A stretch of 64,000 bases of DNA from Antechinus flavipes. Its lineage: Eukaryota. Both the position numbers and the translations under genes were made by a program. Of the stretch, positions 24,057-37,161 are shown in pieces. Under the pieces are notes generated by a model. That model did not search any database. It was not told the origin of the DNA and worked only from the letters and a program-made list of their open reading frames with translations. The stretch lies in the NCBI RefSeq assembly GCF_016432865.1, contig NC_067401.1, positions 188,108,001 through 188,172,000 of the forward strand, read 5' to 3'. Every line of letters starts with the position of its first letter. Position 1 is the stretch's first letter.

Positions 24057-27000
24057 CAGTGTTTGGGAAGCTCCAAAAGAAAGTGTGGGAGAGAAGAGGT
24101 ATTTACCTGTTCTCTGCCAGGAAACTGAGTAGCTTCCATTTGCATTAGACGGCTTAGGAAGATTATGAAGATCACCTGGCAAGACACTGACCCAAACTTT
24201 CAAACTCTGCTGCAGTGAATGCAATTCCAATGGGTCAACTATGTTGTTCAAATGCCAAATGTACATTTGCCTAAAAGACTGTTTTACAGGAGAACGCACA
24301 CAAGGCAAGCACTCACATGGTGGTCAGAAGCAGCAATATAAGGACACTCTCAGAGTCTCTCTGAAGAACTTTGGGATTGATTGGGAGACACTGGCACAGT
24401 GTGCTGTGTCTGTAAGGTGCTCTGCTCTATGAGCAAAACAGAATTGAGGTAGCTCAAAAGAAACTGGAGCTATGCAGATGTAGAAAATATGCCTCAGATG
24501 TTCATATGGATGATTTGCACCCAACCAGTGGGAGTTGACCTGAGTTGGTATTGGTCTGATCAGCCACAGTCCGACATACCGTAACATGACTATAACATAG
24601 TGATGTCATTTTGGTCCTTTTCAAGAGTGGAAGACAACAATCAACCAATGAACTATGATGGTGATATTAAAGATCTTAGTCTGTGTTGAAGAAGAGGGGA
24701 CTTGTTCCTGGCTCCCACTTAAAATATTTCCCAGCCACTTCCGCTGTCTTTTCCTTTGTGCATGACTTTCTCTCTAGTTACTCTCTTCACTCTGATCCAG
24801 GGAGGAATGGTTTTCTTTCAAACCTGTCATGGGAAGACAATGAAAGAGGAAGCTCACCCGAGCCAGTCACAGCTCACTTATAACTTCCCCCCACCAAAGA
24901 CTCATTTGCCTAAGGGGTGATCTAAATCCAAGTTTTTTCCCTGTTCTGCAAAGTTATAAAATATGAAAGATAATTCCTCTGAGCTTCCTTGACAGGAAAT
25001 GCCCCCAGCAGCTAAAAACACCCTTACTGTGGGGACTGAATATGGATCACAACATGCATTTTCATCTTTCTTGTAGTTGTTTGCTTGTTTTTGTTTTCTT
25101 TCTCATTTTTCCCCCTTTTGATCTGATTTTTCTTGTCCAGCATGATAAATAATTGTGGAAATATATATATAGGAGAATTGCACATGTTTAACATATATTG
25201 GATTACTTGCTGTCTAGGGGAGAGGGGGAGGGGAAGGGAGAGAGAAAAAATTAGGAACACAAGGTTTTGCAAGGGGGAATGCTGAGAACTATCTTTGCAT
25301 ATATTTTCAAAATAAAAAACCACTATTTTAAAAAATAAAAAAGAAACAACAACAACAAAAATTCCCATTCTTACTCCCACCCCAACAATATATACAACTT
25401 TCATAGATTTCCTCCCTATTACCCTTACTGCAACCGAGTAGATCAGTAAATGTAATGATTAACTCTCAGAGAAATCAGATGAATAGATGGATTAACTTCT
25501 CCTCTGTTCTCCTCAATCTCACTTGCCATTCATCTTTGGACTGGACATGATTAAGGAGTTCCCTGTGTTATCCAGGCAAGGCTCACATTGCTAAGCAGGA
25601 GCCAGAGTACATACCCAGCTCCAGGAGAGATGTTCCAGTCCATCAAATGAAAGATCTCCCCGATTATTCCTGTTCCAAGTTCACTTTGCTGGAAGTTTAG
25701 TTTAGCTAATTTAACTTTTTTTTTTTTAATCTTTCTCCATGACTGGCACAACATTTGGCAAATAGAAGGTGCTTTATAAATGTTTGTTGAATTGAATCAA
25801 ATAATATTGAAATATTGAAATATTTGACATGCACCTAACTGGGTAATCCATGGGGTTAATACCTCAGTGTAGTAATCTTAGGCACCACAAGTACAGTTTT
25901 AAGCTAATTTTAAACCAATAATCAATTTAATCAATTATATAATTCATAATTAATTCAATTATCTCAGGATACAGGACATTTTCAGGTCTGTTAGGCCTAA
26001 GGGTTGATCAGGGGAAAAACACCAGCTGCTCATTGCCTTTATTTTAAGAAAGAAAGTAAGGAGGCAGAAATAAATCAGAGAATCATCTTGGGTGAGTAGG
26101 GGGAGAGGAGGTAGGTAGAGGGGTGGAGAGGAGAAGCAGGATGCAATAACTTCCACACAACAAACTGCCCCAACCTCAGTTCTTCATCTGATACAATGGA
26201 TTAGTCAGAGCTGGATAGACCAACAATCTTTTTAATATAGGCAAATACCCTCAGAAAAAAGTAGTTCTCAAAACAATTAGGAAGAAGCCACTGGAAAAAT
26301 GATTATAAGCAGTCCTTGGGGTCTCAGAAACCCTGACAAAAGTTCTAAAAACTGATTTTTATATTTCTTTTGCCCAAAGGGTCACACAGATCAATTCACC
26401 TTGGGATCCTGGAAAACAGTCACAGGTACCTTTTGGAACACAGTCCTTGTTCCAGATCCAGAACATGTGGTCTGGGGAAGCATAAGCAAAGTTCTTTCCC
26501 TTGTTCTCAGTGCCAAACAGTCAAGTCTCAAAATAGCCAATGTGAGATGACCAGATAGAAATGACAGATGGAAATCCCCAAATACAAAGTTGTGCAAATC
26601 CAACAGCATAAGGAACAATTCAAAACTTTCAAAACATTTCTGCTTTCTTAGCTTTAGCCTTTAGGGGCTTTTTCAACCCACAAGCAAAAAAGAGAGTAAA
26701 GGGGAAGGAAGGTAGCTTCTTGTCTCTGAAGGAAACCAGATCCACACTCAGCTTTCCAAAATAGATGGAGCTCTTTTCACAGAGATTTAGGATATGGGGT
26801 TGATAAGGTGTTACCCCTTTCCTTCAGATGAGAAAATTTGTCTGGGTGGAAACTCTTCCATTGACTCACTAAATGCTGTGGAGATTAAAATTATCCCATC
26901 TACAATAAGAGATATTGAAGCAGAGGTCTGAGACAATGGCACTTTACTAAAGGGTCCACGGTTCCCTCCAAGGAAGTGGACCTCAGATCTTCCTCGTGAC

Positions 27001-28697
27001 TGAGATGCCATCTCCCCTTAGGGCTAAACTTTTATAGGGTTATAGTTACATTAACTATAGAATGGTGATTTAATTGGTAAACATAGGCTAAAATATGAAT
27101 ACCAGCAGGGTCACAAGTTGGGTGAAGGTATCACAGTCAGTGACTTAAATGGTTATAAGATGGCCCTATTGGACAAGTGATAGGTATGGAGATACAAAAA
27201 TCTTTTGGGGAGACTTCTCATGTAGTTGTGATCTCTGCCATGCTGGGCTTGGCATGGGCACAATGACAAGGCAAAAACAAGTGTGTGTGGGGGTGTCTTT
27301 AGTTGGCTTCCTATAGTTAAGCAAGTAAACTTTGAATCTGTAGCTCACAAGTCTGAGGTCTTATATACAGAACTTTAATATGATCCTATCAAATTGATTA
27401 ATACCGAATGGAATAGAATAGGGGTTCAAATGAATTATTTCTCCCAGTGCATAAAGCCACACAATTGGGGTCTGGACAAAAAAGTGTTCTTTTCCACAAA
27501 GGGGATACTCATATTCTCTAGGGCTGTGGGATCACAGTCAAATAGAAATACTGGCTATCTATTGACTTGGAAAACCACAAATTAACATTGTCTATGTTGT
27601 ACTGTATTTTTATTTTAATTTAATTTGTTAAACATTTGCCAATTACATTTTAATCTGGTTGGGCTGCACTCTTGTGGCCAACATGTGACACTTCTGGCAG
27701 AGAATTTGATGTCTCTGCCCTAGGAGTCCCCACAATAACAGGGGATTCCCATAGAGATCCAGGAAATTTCTTCAGGGTCCTTATTCCAAAAGGCTTATTC
27801 CCCCTACAGAAATTCCCCCTATACATCCTTGCCACTGCAAAGGCTAAATGGAATTGCAATCTCATCCAAGAGGACAAGTAGGCTCACAGTTAAGAGAAAG
27901 AGTCAAGAATGCCAGCTACTCCTAGACTCAGTTATTCTCACCCTAACAAGCGGTAGGGCATTTTCCATTCACAAAAGGCAAGCAGTCTGGATCTGTCTAA
28001 ATGCTGTGGGGTCCAGAGTTCCCCAACCAAAGAAATTCTGAACCTCTCCCACCCTCAACCAAAGGGCATCCTTCCACTAAAAGGGCAAATTGATATTGAA
28101 GGAAGGAGCTGAAAGCTCTAGTATTGTTATAAAAGTCTTTTAATAATCATCTGGGTTACTTACATAGGGGCTGTCTGGAGTGACTCTGAGGGTCTCTGAT
28201 CCCTCCCATGCAGTCTGAGGTGGCGGCCATATTATTCAGTGGATCTCGAAAAAAGACTCCCCCTCCAAAAGTTCCATGGGGATTATAGAAATAAGACAAA
28301 GGTAGGAGGAGCTATAGACATCATGCCTATGTCAATGCAATTTGGCTAACATTTTGATTACTGCTTGGCCTGGTTCCAGAACCTGGGTGCAAGGCCAGCA
28401 CAGGTGGTTAGATGTTCAGACACTCAAGGCTGTGGGCTGGTGAGTTCCCACACACACACAAGGTTATTTGCTAGACACTGTGTCCTTGTGATAGCTTTCA
28501 CTCCTCTTGGTATAGCTTTCATCCCAATAAGGGACTTCACATTCCATCTCTGAAGTCTTTGCCATGGCTTTTACCAAGAAGGACCCCACATTCCACCTCT
28601 GGAAGCCACCCATACATTCTTTTTTTTTTTTTTAAAATAACTTTTTATTGACAGAACCCATGCCTGGGTAATTTTTTGCAACATTATTCCTTGCACT
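24051..28697 (+). repeat. Tandem duplication, copy 2 (~4.64 kb)
   Basis: Begins with the RTE sequence TGCACTCAGTGTTTGGG and ends inside the L1 3' end (TTGCACT). Confidence 0.97.
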
Positions 28698-29762
28698 TAC
28701 TTCTGTTCCAATTTTTCCCCTCCTTCCATCCACCCCTTCCCCCAGATGGCAAGCAGTCCTTTACATGTTAAATAGGTTACAGTATATCCTAAATACAATA
28801 TATGTGTGCAGAACAGAACAGTTTTCTTGTTGCATAGGGAGAATTGGATTCCCATAACCTGGGAAGAAAAACAAAAATGCAGTTTACATTCATTTCTCAG
28901 TGTTCTTTAGTTGCTTCTGTCCATTCTTGATCAATTGAAACTGAATTAGCTCTCTTTATCGAAGAGATCCACTTCCGCAAGAATACATCCTCAAACAGTA
29001 TCATTGTTGAGGTATATAATGATCTCCTGGTTCTGCTCATTTCACTTAGCATCAGTTCATGTAAGTCTCGCCAGTCCTCTCTGTATTCATCCTGCTGGTC
29101 ATTCCTTACAGAACAATAATATTCCATAACATTCATATACCACACTTTACCCAACCATTCTCCAATTGATGGGCATCTATTCATTTTCCAGCTTGTAGCC
29201 ACTACAAACAGGGCTGCCACAAACATTCTTGCACATACAGGTCCCTTTCCCTTCTTTAATATCTCTTTGGGGTATAAAGCCCAGTAGAAACACTGCTGGA
29301 TCAAAGGGAATGCACAGTTTGATAACTTTTTGAGCACAGTTCCAAATTGCTCTCCAGAATGGCTGGATGTATTCACAATTCCATCAACAATGTATCAGTG
29401 TCCCTGTTTTCCCACATCCCCTCCAACATTCCACATTATCTTTCCCTGTCATTCTAGCCAATCTGACAGGTGTATAGTAATATCTCAGAGTTGTCTTAAT
29501 TTGCATTTCTCTGATTAATAATGATTTGGAGCATATTTTCATATATCTATAAATAGTTTTAATTTCTTCATCTGAGAATTGTCTGTTCATATCCTTTGAC
29601 CATTTATCATTTGGAGAATGGCTTGATTTCTTATAAATTAGAGTCAATTCTCTATATATTTTGGAAATGAGGTCTTTATCAGAATCTTTGATTGTAAAAA
29701 TGTTTTCTCAGTTTATTGTTTCTCTTCTAATCTTGTCTGCATTTGTTTTGTTTGTACAAAAA
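28623..29762 (-). mobile_element. Young 5'-truncated L1 (ORF2 C-terminus + 3'UTR + poly-A) with ~12-bp TSD
   Basis: ORFs 28897-29376 and 29384-29647 are L1 ORF2. Poly-T at ~28620. CATA(C/T)ATTCTTT occurs at 28611-28622 and 29763-29774. Confidence 0.92.
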
Positions 29763-31526
29763 CATATATTCTTTCTTAGTATCTTTTGCAAGGTCCCTGG
29801 GGCAGCTCTACACTGGGTTTTTTAGGGCCTTTTGGGGTATAGTGAGGACAAACTGTGTGTAAGCACAAACTGCAAAAACAATTAAGCACAGGTAGTTAAA
29901 TAACAGGACCAATAAGTAAATTACCACAGGTATTACAACTTCTTTCCACCTGGCATTTGGTAGTACAACAATGGCCGTTGATCCACTACCACTGATCATT
30001 TGATCAGCAAATCTCATCCTGGAATTCAGACATGCCACATCGTTGTTTGGCCTCTGGATTATCTTTCCATGGGACACTCTGGAAATTGTCTGGTCCTCAA
30101 GGGCAGTTCATCTGCAGAATTGTTTTTCTGTCTTCAGGTTACTTGCAGAGGCTCATCAGATGTCCCTGCTAAAATCGCAAAGAAAACAGATACAAGAAGT
30201 CTATACAAGCTGGCAAATTTTCTTACACTCATAACTGGTTTATGTTGTGAAAACTAGCTCAAACCTCACAGTTCTCTTCAATAACAGAGCTAAGAGGGGG
30301 AGCACCAAAGTAGGAACCCAGAGTTTATCTGGAACATCAAAGAATTTAAGTCTTTTTATGTCCCATTAAAATCACTAACATCTAACATATGGCATTGTGT
30401 GATCTTGTTGCTTTCTCAAAAGTTTCTGCTCTGTTCCCAATTCCTTTAGGAGGATCACATGCTATTGAGGATTCAGTCCTATGCACGAAAATATAAGTCA
30501 CAACACTCTTGCAAGTAGAGACTTTCCACCCCTAGGACACAAATGAATTTACTTATAAGAGGCTGCCTGTAGTCTAATTATAAATTATAATTATAAAAGG
30601 AGTGGCAGGGTACTTGAGTATTTAATTCCAAAACAGTACACATCAAACAAGTTGTGTGTAAGGGGAAAATATGTTTTTTTTTTTGTTTTTTTTTATCGCA
30701 GCATACCAGGCACACTAGTAATAAACCTGGATAAAATTGACTTTTCCATTGATGGAACTCAAAATATTCCATAAGTTACATCATCTAAGACAACTGATTG
30801 CCCTAAAATTCTTTTCTGAAAGCTTCCACCCTGAAGATATTTCCAATTTAGCTTCAGTTCAATCCAATAGAACAAACAAGTTGTACAAACTTCATTCTGA
30901 CACACACAAGATAAGGACCTTATTTCACACAGACATATGTACATCTAGTTAACAGGCAGATGACTAGCCCAAGAACCAGTTCCCCCAATATTTGGGATAT
31001 GGAATAACTACACATTCAAACTGAAAACAATAAAGTCTTCTTTCGCACTTGCATTATGCCTGTGTCTAATATTGACCCCTGGCTAGAAATTTGCTGTAAG
31101 AGGAAAAAAAAAAAAAAAGCAGGGGCATGATTACAACAGCATCAAACTGGTCCTTCAGGCCCAAGCCTAAGGGCTCATATGTGGCAGGATAAAGCATCCT
31201 TAGCTGTGTTTGACTTCAGCTGAGAGTCACAGTTGACAACAATTCCAAAACCTCATAGGCAGACTCAGGAATAATCAGGTGGAAAACATCCCCGTTAAAA
31301 GGAACACAATGAGGAAACTGAGCCAGGATTCCAATTTAGGCTAGGCCAAAGATTGTCTCTCCCAGCTTTTGCCTAGATACAGACTTCCACCAGTAATAGG
31401 TCAGAATCACATCCTGAGTAGCTCATGGCATTTCTCTCAAATGGTGGATTACTGATTTAGTAATCCACCAGATAATCATATCTGAATTCAAAACTCAAAA
31501 CAATTATCAGTTACAGTCCCAAGAGA

Positions 31527-31788
31527 TGTTATCTCAAATAGCAAGTTTCACTAAAACAGTTTAGGGCTAGGTAGAGTTATTTTTACTCTCATGGAGTTAC
31601 AATAAGCAGTGGACTCTGTGAGCAGGACTCACACACAAGAGTATAGGTTGGAATAATCCAAAGGATTCGTGGAGTGGGTAGCACCAGAGCTGTCCCTGGG
31701 CGGTTTTATAGGATTTGGTTACCAGAAAAGGGCAATATTTGTAAGGTGCCTGAGGGAACTAGGAGGAATCCGGAGAATCTAAGCAACA
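31527..31788 (-). mobile_element. Probable short solo LTR
   Basis: TG...CA termini and TTTTATAG (TATA on -). No clean TSD. Confidence 0.4.
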
Positions 31789-33852
31789 TGAGTGATGCCA
31801 GCTTTACCTAATAGCCAGTGAGTGGTAGAGCTGTTCTTGGAATCCACACCTCTCCGAGGGCACTTTGAGCAAAAGCACTGACAACCTTTTGGGCAGTACC
31901 CTTTGCCTTAGCCTTAGGAGTAATGATCTCTCTCAGAGCCTTTTGCAGCCCTTAAGGATTTGGCAGGAGGAGACTTTGGTGGTAAAGAGTGTAGCCAAGT
32001 AAGGGTGGTGTAGGACCTGGGATGCGCTAGATAAAAAGTCTAACTGGAGGAGTCCTCTGATGGTGTGGCACTAAGATTCTTGACAGGTTTTGTTTGACTT
32101 GAACATTTTTCCCATCCCTACTTACTTCTCCATTGGAGACAGAAAAATTGGGGACTTTATTTCCACATGGAACCAAGGAGCTCAGTTGCACAGGTCACAG
32201 AGGGTGGCACTGTGTTGAGACCTCTACAATTAGCATAGGTTCCTATATAAAAAGTGGCAGAATCTGTCTCCACCTTTTGACATTGTCAGGGAACAAGACA
32301 ATTCATACGATTTACTTTTCATTTGACCACTCACTGTGGCTTTTAAGCATGTTAAAGGCAGTAGAAGGAGTCACTTTTCACTGTGTTGGGAATTGGATCT
32401 ATTAGACAGATTGATTTATGAATCAGTTGCTAGGGGGGCTAATGATTGGCATGGATTTGCCCTGAGAGACCAAGAATACAAATTCACAAGGCAAGTCTGG
32501 GAGATAGAACTACTTGGAGGCAATGGCAACAGTAGTGGCAGGTGATGCTAAGAGCCTATCCTATTGCTAGTGGGAAGAAAGGAGGACTAGTCAGAAGTGG
32601 GTATTGGAGCTATTGCAAGAGGTTACCTACCCAATTTCTCTTCTGACAATCCAGGGTCATGTGACTTGATGGGACCTCTCCATCTGGACATGTATGTCTC
32701 CTAGGCATCTAGAGCGGAAGCTTTGCCTAGTCACGTTAACTCTTCTGTCCCAAACCTGTCCTTCCTCTGCCAATATCCCTTATCTGTAAGTTGAGGAGGT
32801 GGGTGGGCCACCGTTCTTGTCCACCAGGACAGGAGACTAATTATGGGTGTTGGGAGTAAAGCCGGCAGGGAATTCAGAGGCCATATCCAACCCTTTTATT
32901 TTGCAGGTGAGGATGATGGAAAGAGTGAGGCTCTGAAAACCAACATGAGGACAGTAAATTCCGAAAGGGAACAAGCCTTTTTTTTTTTTTTTTTTTTTTT
33001 TAGACTTAACTACCGGTCACTGCAGAAAATGAGAGCCCAGGACGTGAAATGAGTTACCCAAAGTCGAATGGACCAGGCAGAAGGAAAGTCGACGTTCCCC
33101 GACTCGGAAGCGATATCCATGGAAGTCGCCAGCTGTGAAATGGCTAGCGCAACAAGCCTCGTTTTAGAATCCCACCCCGGACAGCCCTGAGCTAGTCACT
33201 TGAGTGCATGCAGTGTGGTTAATGGCACCTACCCTTTCAGGGCTGGCCCAGAGAGGTGACCTCGAAAACTTTCTTTCAATGATAGAACTTTAAAGCTCTT
33301 TAGGGGATCGGAAGCTTTCCCTCGGCTTTTCTATTCCTAGAATCGAGGCGCTCGATTTCCTGCCGCCCCCACGCCAGAAAAATCACCCCGTAAAGATAAA
33401 ATAAGCCACCCTAAGGCAGGAGCGTGTCTTCGTCGGATTGTGCAAAACTAAAATAGATGTAGGAGACAAACAGGGCTGTAAACAGAGGCTGACAGAATGC
33501 ACAAGGAAAAGCGTTCCTCTTCTGAAAAGGAAAAACGGGTAACTGGCAGGCTAAGCCTGTACTGCATGGACGCGGCCTTCACCTTTTTCCAAAGCCAGGC
33601 TGGCGGCCGCCCTGCCCCTTTTTATTCCTAGTATTGCAGAACCTCGGCTCGTAGCGTAGCGGGCATTCATTTGACTGGAGTAGGTTCACAAGGCAAAGCA
33701 GACTCCAACCACTCAAAACAGCAATTCTCTCCCCTCCTCCCCCCGCCCGCGGTTAAGATAGCGGAACTCACCCCTTCCCGCTTCCAAAGTCCAGCCCCTC
33801 GACAAAGACCAGTAGGAAAACGGGACACAGCTCCTCAAGTGAGAAAGTGGGT

Positions 33853-33868
33853 GGCCCTGAAAAGGGCC
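33853..33868 (-). terminator. Histone 3' stem-loop of H4
   Basis: GGCCCTTTTCAGGGCC on -, followed by ACCCA and the HDE-like TGAGGAGCTGTG. Confidence 0.95.
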
Positions 33869-33913
33869 TTTAGGGAACGAGAAGCGGACAGTGTCTGACC
33901 CCGGCAGAAGCGT

Positions 33914-34255
<342 letters not shown>

Positions 34256-34283
34256 CTAACAGTCCAAGGCGGCCTGCGAGACT

Positions 34284-34322
34284 TCTTTATATAAGGTTCT
34301 TGCGGACCTCTTTGAAAACAGC
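34284..34322 (-). promoter_or_regulatory. H4 proximal promoter: H4-subtype (site II/HiNF-P-like) element + TATA
   Basis: The - strand reads GTTTTCAAAGAGGTCCGCAAGAACCTTATATAAAG, matching the H4 TTTTCAA-N-GGTCC-N-TATA layout. Confidence 0.8.
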
Positions 34323-35035
34323 AAGAGGGTGGTGGGAAACTGACTCTGAGGCTCCGCCTCCCCTTGCACCTCAGGTTCTTTCTCATAGGACAGGAAGGAC
34401 CAGAGAGACAATCCCCAATACCAAGCGCGTCCCTTTTTCCTCAACTGTTTTTTATTTCATTACAAGGAACGGCGGGTGATTCTTTTCAGAAAAAGAAGAT
34501 TTAGCTTCTCATTTTTTCATTCTAAACTCGGAAGCCATTCTTGCAAAGCGTTGATAGGTGTTGATTTTAGTTAAATCAGGTCGTCATTTGGCCAGTCTTG
34601 CCGCCCCCACCCCCTTTTCAAGTTACAGGCCATAACATGTGCTTTTACACCATCGTGTGAAAAGTTTAAGTTTCCAGTCGTTGGAATATGTTGAGATTTT
34701 TGGGGGGAGGGGGAAGGATGGAGGAGGATCAGGTTGCCTTTACCTGCAATTTAAACTTGAAAGCAGGGGTTATTAATCTGGGGGTCCTTGACTTTTTTTT
34801 AAGCCCTTTGACAACTGCATTTCTACTTAATCGGTTTCCTTTGTAATACTATTTTACTTTGTGTACTTGAAAACATTATTCTGAGGCGTACATAGATTTC
34901 GCCAGACTGCCCAGGGGATAGTATCTGGAAAATTTAAGAACATTGGCTTTACAGGTAAGCTGCAGCCCTCCACCCCACATCCAAACACCCAAAAACATCC
35001 AAAAACAAAACAAAACAGAGCCACTCTACTAGACT

Positions 35036-35268
35036 GTTGTATAGTCATTTTTCAGTCGTGTCCGACTCTTCGTGACCCCTTTTGAGATTTTTTGGACAAA
35101 GACACTGGAGTAGTTTGCCATTTCCTCCTTCAGCTCATTTTTTACAGATGAGAAAACAGAAGTACGGTTGTGTGACTTGCCTAGGGACACACAGCCAATA
35201 AGCATCTGAGCGTCGTATTTGAACTCGGGTCTTCCTGACTTCAGGTCTGGCAGCCTATTCATTGCGCC
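35036..35268 (-). mobile_element. MAR1-type SINE (RTE-like tail + MIR core)
   Basis: TTTTCAGTCGTGTCCGACTCTTCGTGACCCC...ACTGGAGTAGTTTGCCATTTCCTCC...ACAGATGAGAAAAC...GTGACTTGCCTAGGG. Confidence 0.75.
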
Positions 35269-36557
35269 TCCGATCTACTGGAAAGCCATAATACTTTAGA
35301 ACCTTGTAAACAGGTAATGACAATCGCTCCTCTTCTCCCGATTTCACAGCTAAAGTGAATCCACCAGTCACTCAGGCAAGTGCTTGAATTTTATTAATAA
35401 ATAAAATTTATTTTCTTGATTGTGCTTACTGCGTGTCAGGCTCAGCTCTGGGAATACAAAGAAGAGCAAAAAGAAAAGTTTCTGCCCTCAAGAAGTGTAT
35501 TTTCCTTCCTGCCCGCCCCTCCCTGCCCCCCTCTAACAAGTAACATCATACCCCAAAAAATGAAAATGGGGCGTGGGGGTGGGAAGAGGGAGGCGGGATG
35601 AGGAGGGGTGATGATGGGATATCCAGCTCCAAGTAGGACAGAGAAATTCAGAAGAGTGCTGTCGGGTGGGAAATTAAAGAGATGTTTGGGCAGGGGCTAC
35701 CTACTAAAATGGAGGTTCGAAGAAAAGCACTGAACCCTTCAAACCTAGGAAAGCTCAGAGGGTACTGATGGAGGTATGAGTTGCTCGGCTGAAGTGATTG
35801 CCCCCCAACTCTCCTTCCAGTAACACTGAACCTTGGGGAGATTTTTTAAAATGACATATCCCCAGTAAAAAGAGTAGGGGCTGGCGCAGCCAACGTCAAG
35901 AATACCAACTATGGATGCACTGGATAGAGCTCTGGGTCCGGGGTCAAGATCTGAGTTGAAATGTGTACTCACTAGGTGTGATCCTGGGCAACTGCTTGAC
36001 CTTAACTGGGACAGGTTGTTATGAGGATTAATGACCCAATGTAGAGTGTCTGGCATATAATAGTTGCCTCTGTCTCATTTTCCTGACTGACAAAAGGGGA
36101 CCACATTGGCTCTGCTACCTAATAGCAATCCCAGTGATCCCGGGCAAGTAATTTTTTTGTTTGTTTGTTTGTTTTCTTTCCTCTCTGTGACATGTTGTCT
36201 GGACTAGATGACTTCAAACTAGCACGGGATAGAAAGAGGGGAGACAGGCAAAATCAGAGAATTCGGTTAATTTGCTGGGCAAGTAGAGTGGAGAAACAGG
36301 CATATACCAAAGAAAACACATTTTAAAGTAACAGCAGTAGTAGCGGCAACGGTGGCAACAGCAACAAAAAACACTTTTCCTTTGAGCTGCCAGTTTCTTA
36401 GGAGAAATCGTTAAAGAATTCTGATTAGTTCAAATCTCTAATTTAATTATTGTCTCTGCAGTTTCCCCAGAATAATCTAAGTTCCTTGGGAGGCTTTAGC
36501 CTCTGTATCCCGGTCTCCTAATACTGGCATGGAGCACAGTAGTTGCTTGAGAGGTAA

Positions 36558-37161
36558 TGTTGTGCCACAGTTTTCTTTAATTGTCCTGACTCCGTTTCCC
36601 TAATTGGTTCTGCTTCCCTTTCCTTGAATTGCTCTGTCTCCATTTCCTTAGCTGTTCTGCCTCAGTCCCCTTAGTTGTTAACACTCCCCTCTGCCCCCCC
36701 TCATTAAGACTGAGGACCATTTGCTCTAAGGTAATAAATTGTCAATGTGAGGCTCATGATGAAGGGGAGTTCAGACTTCTTGGCTCCTAACTCCTCCTGT
36801 CCTCAAGAATTTATGGCACTACCCCCTCTAAAATATTCCAAAAGATAAGACTATCCCAGATACCTATTGACATCTTTACTTCTGTTTATTCAGACATCCT
36901 GACTCTGGCTTCCAGTTTCCCCCCATCCTGTTAGAACCAAATTTATGGTCCTGAAACTTCCCAACTCTGAATGTTCTGACTCTGCCCCTGCCTTACTCTA
37001 CCCCTGTAGCTGAGCCATGTGACTATATATGTCATAGAGAACTCACATTCACCACTGGATACTTTGAGATGAGAGTCCTGTCCAGTCAATTATACTCTCC
37101 ATTTAATAAAATATTAAAAACTCTCTAATCTCTATTTTGCCTCAGTTTCTCCAGCATTATA
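36558..37161 (+). mobile_element. Solo LTR, ERV1-type family
   Basis: TGTTGTGCCACAG...AATAAAATATTAAAAACTCTCTAATCTC...CTCAGTTTCTCCAGCATTATA, homologous to 51294-51920 and 56396-57068. Confidence 0.85.

Noticed and set aside
29775-31118. Repeat-poor segment with a hydrophobic - strand ORF (29808-30077) and an A15 tract at ~31104, considered as a retrocopy or membrane-protein exon
   Set aside because: I could not recognise a protein in any of the six frames even after removing the adjacent L1. AATAAA is ~75 bp from the A tract and there is no TSD. A BLASTX/BLASTN would settle it.
32126-32242. 117-nt candidate exon on - (pyrimidine tract-AG ... GTAAGT)
   Set aside because: All three frames contain a stop, there is no recognisable protein, and no partner exons were found.
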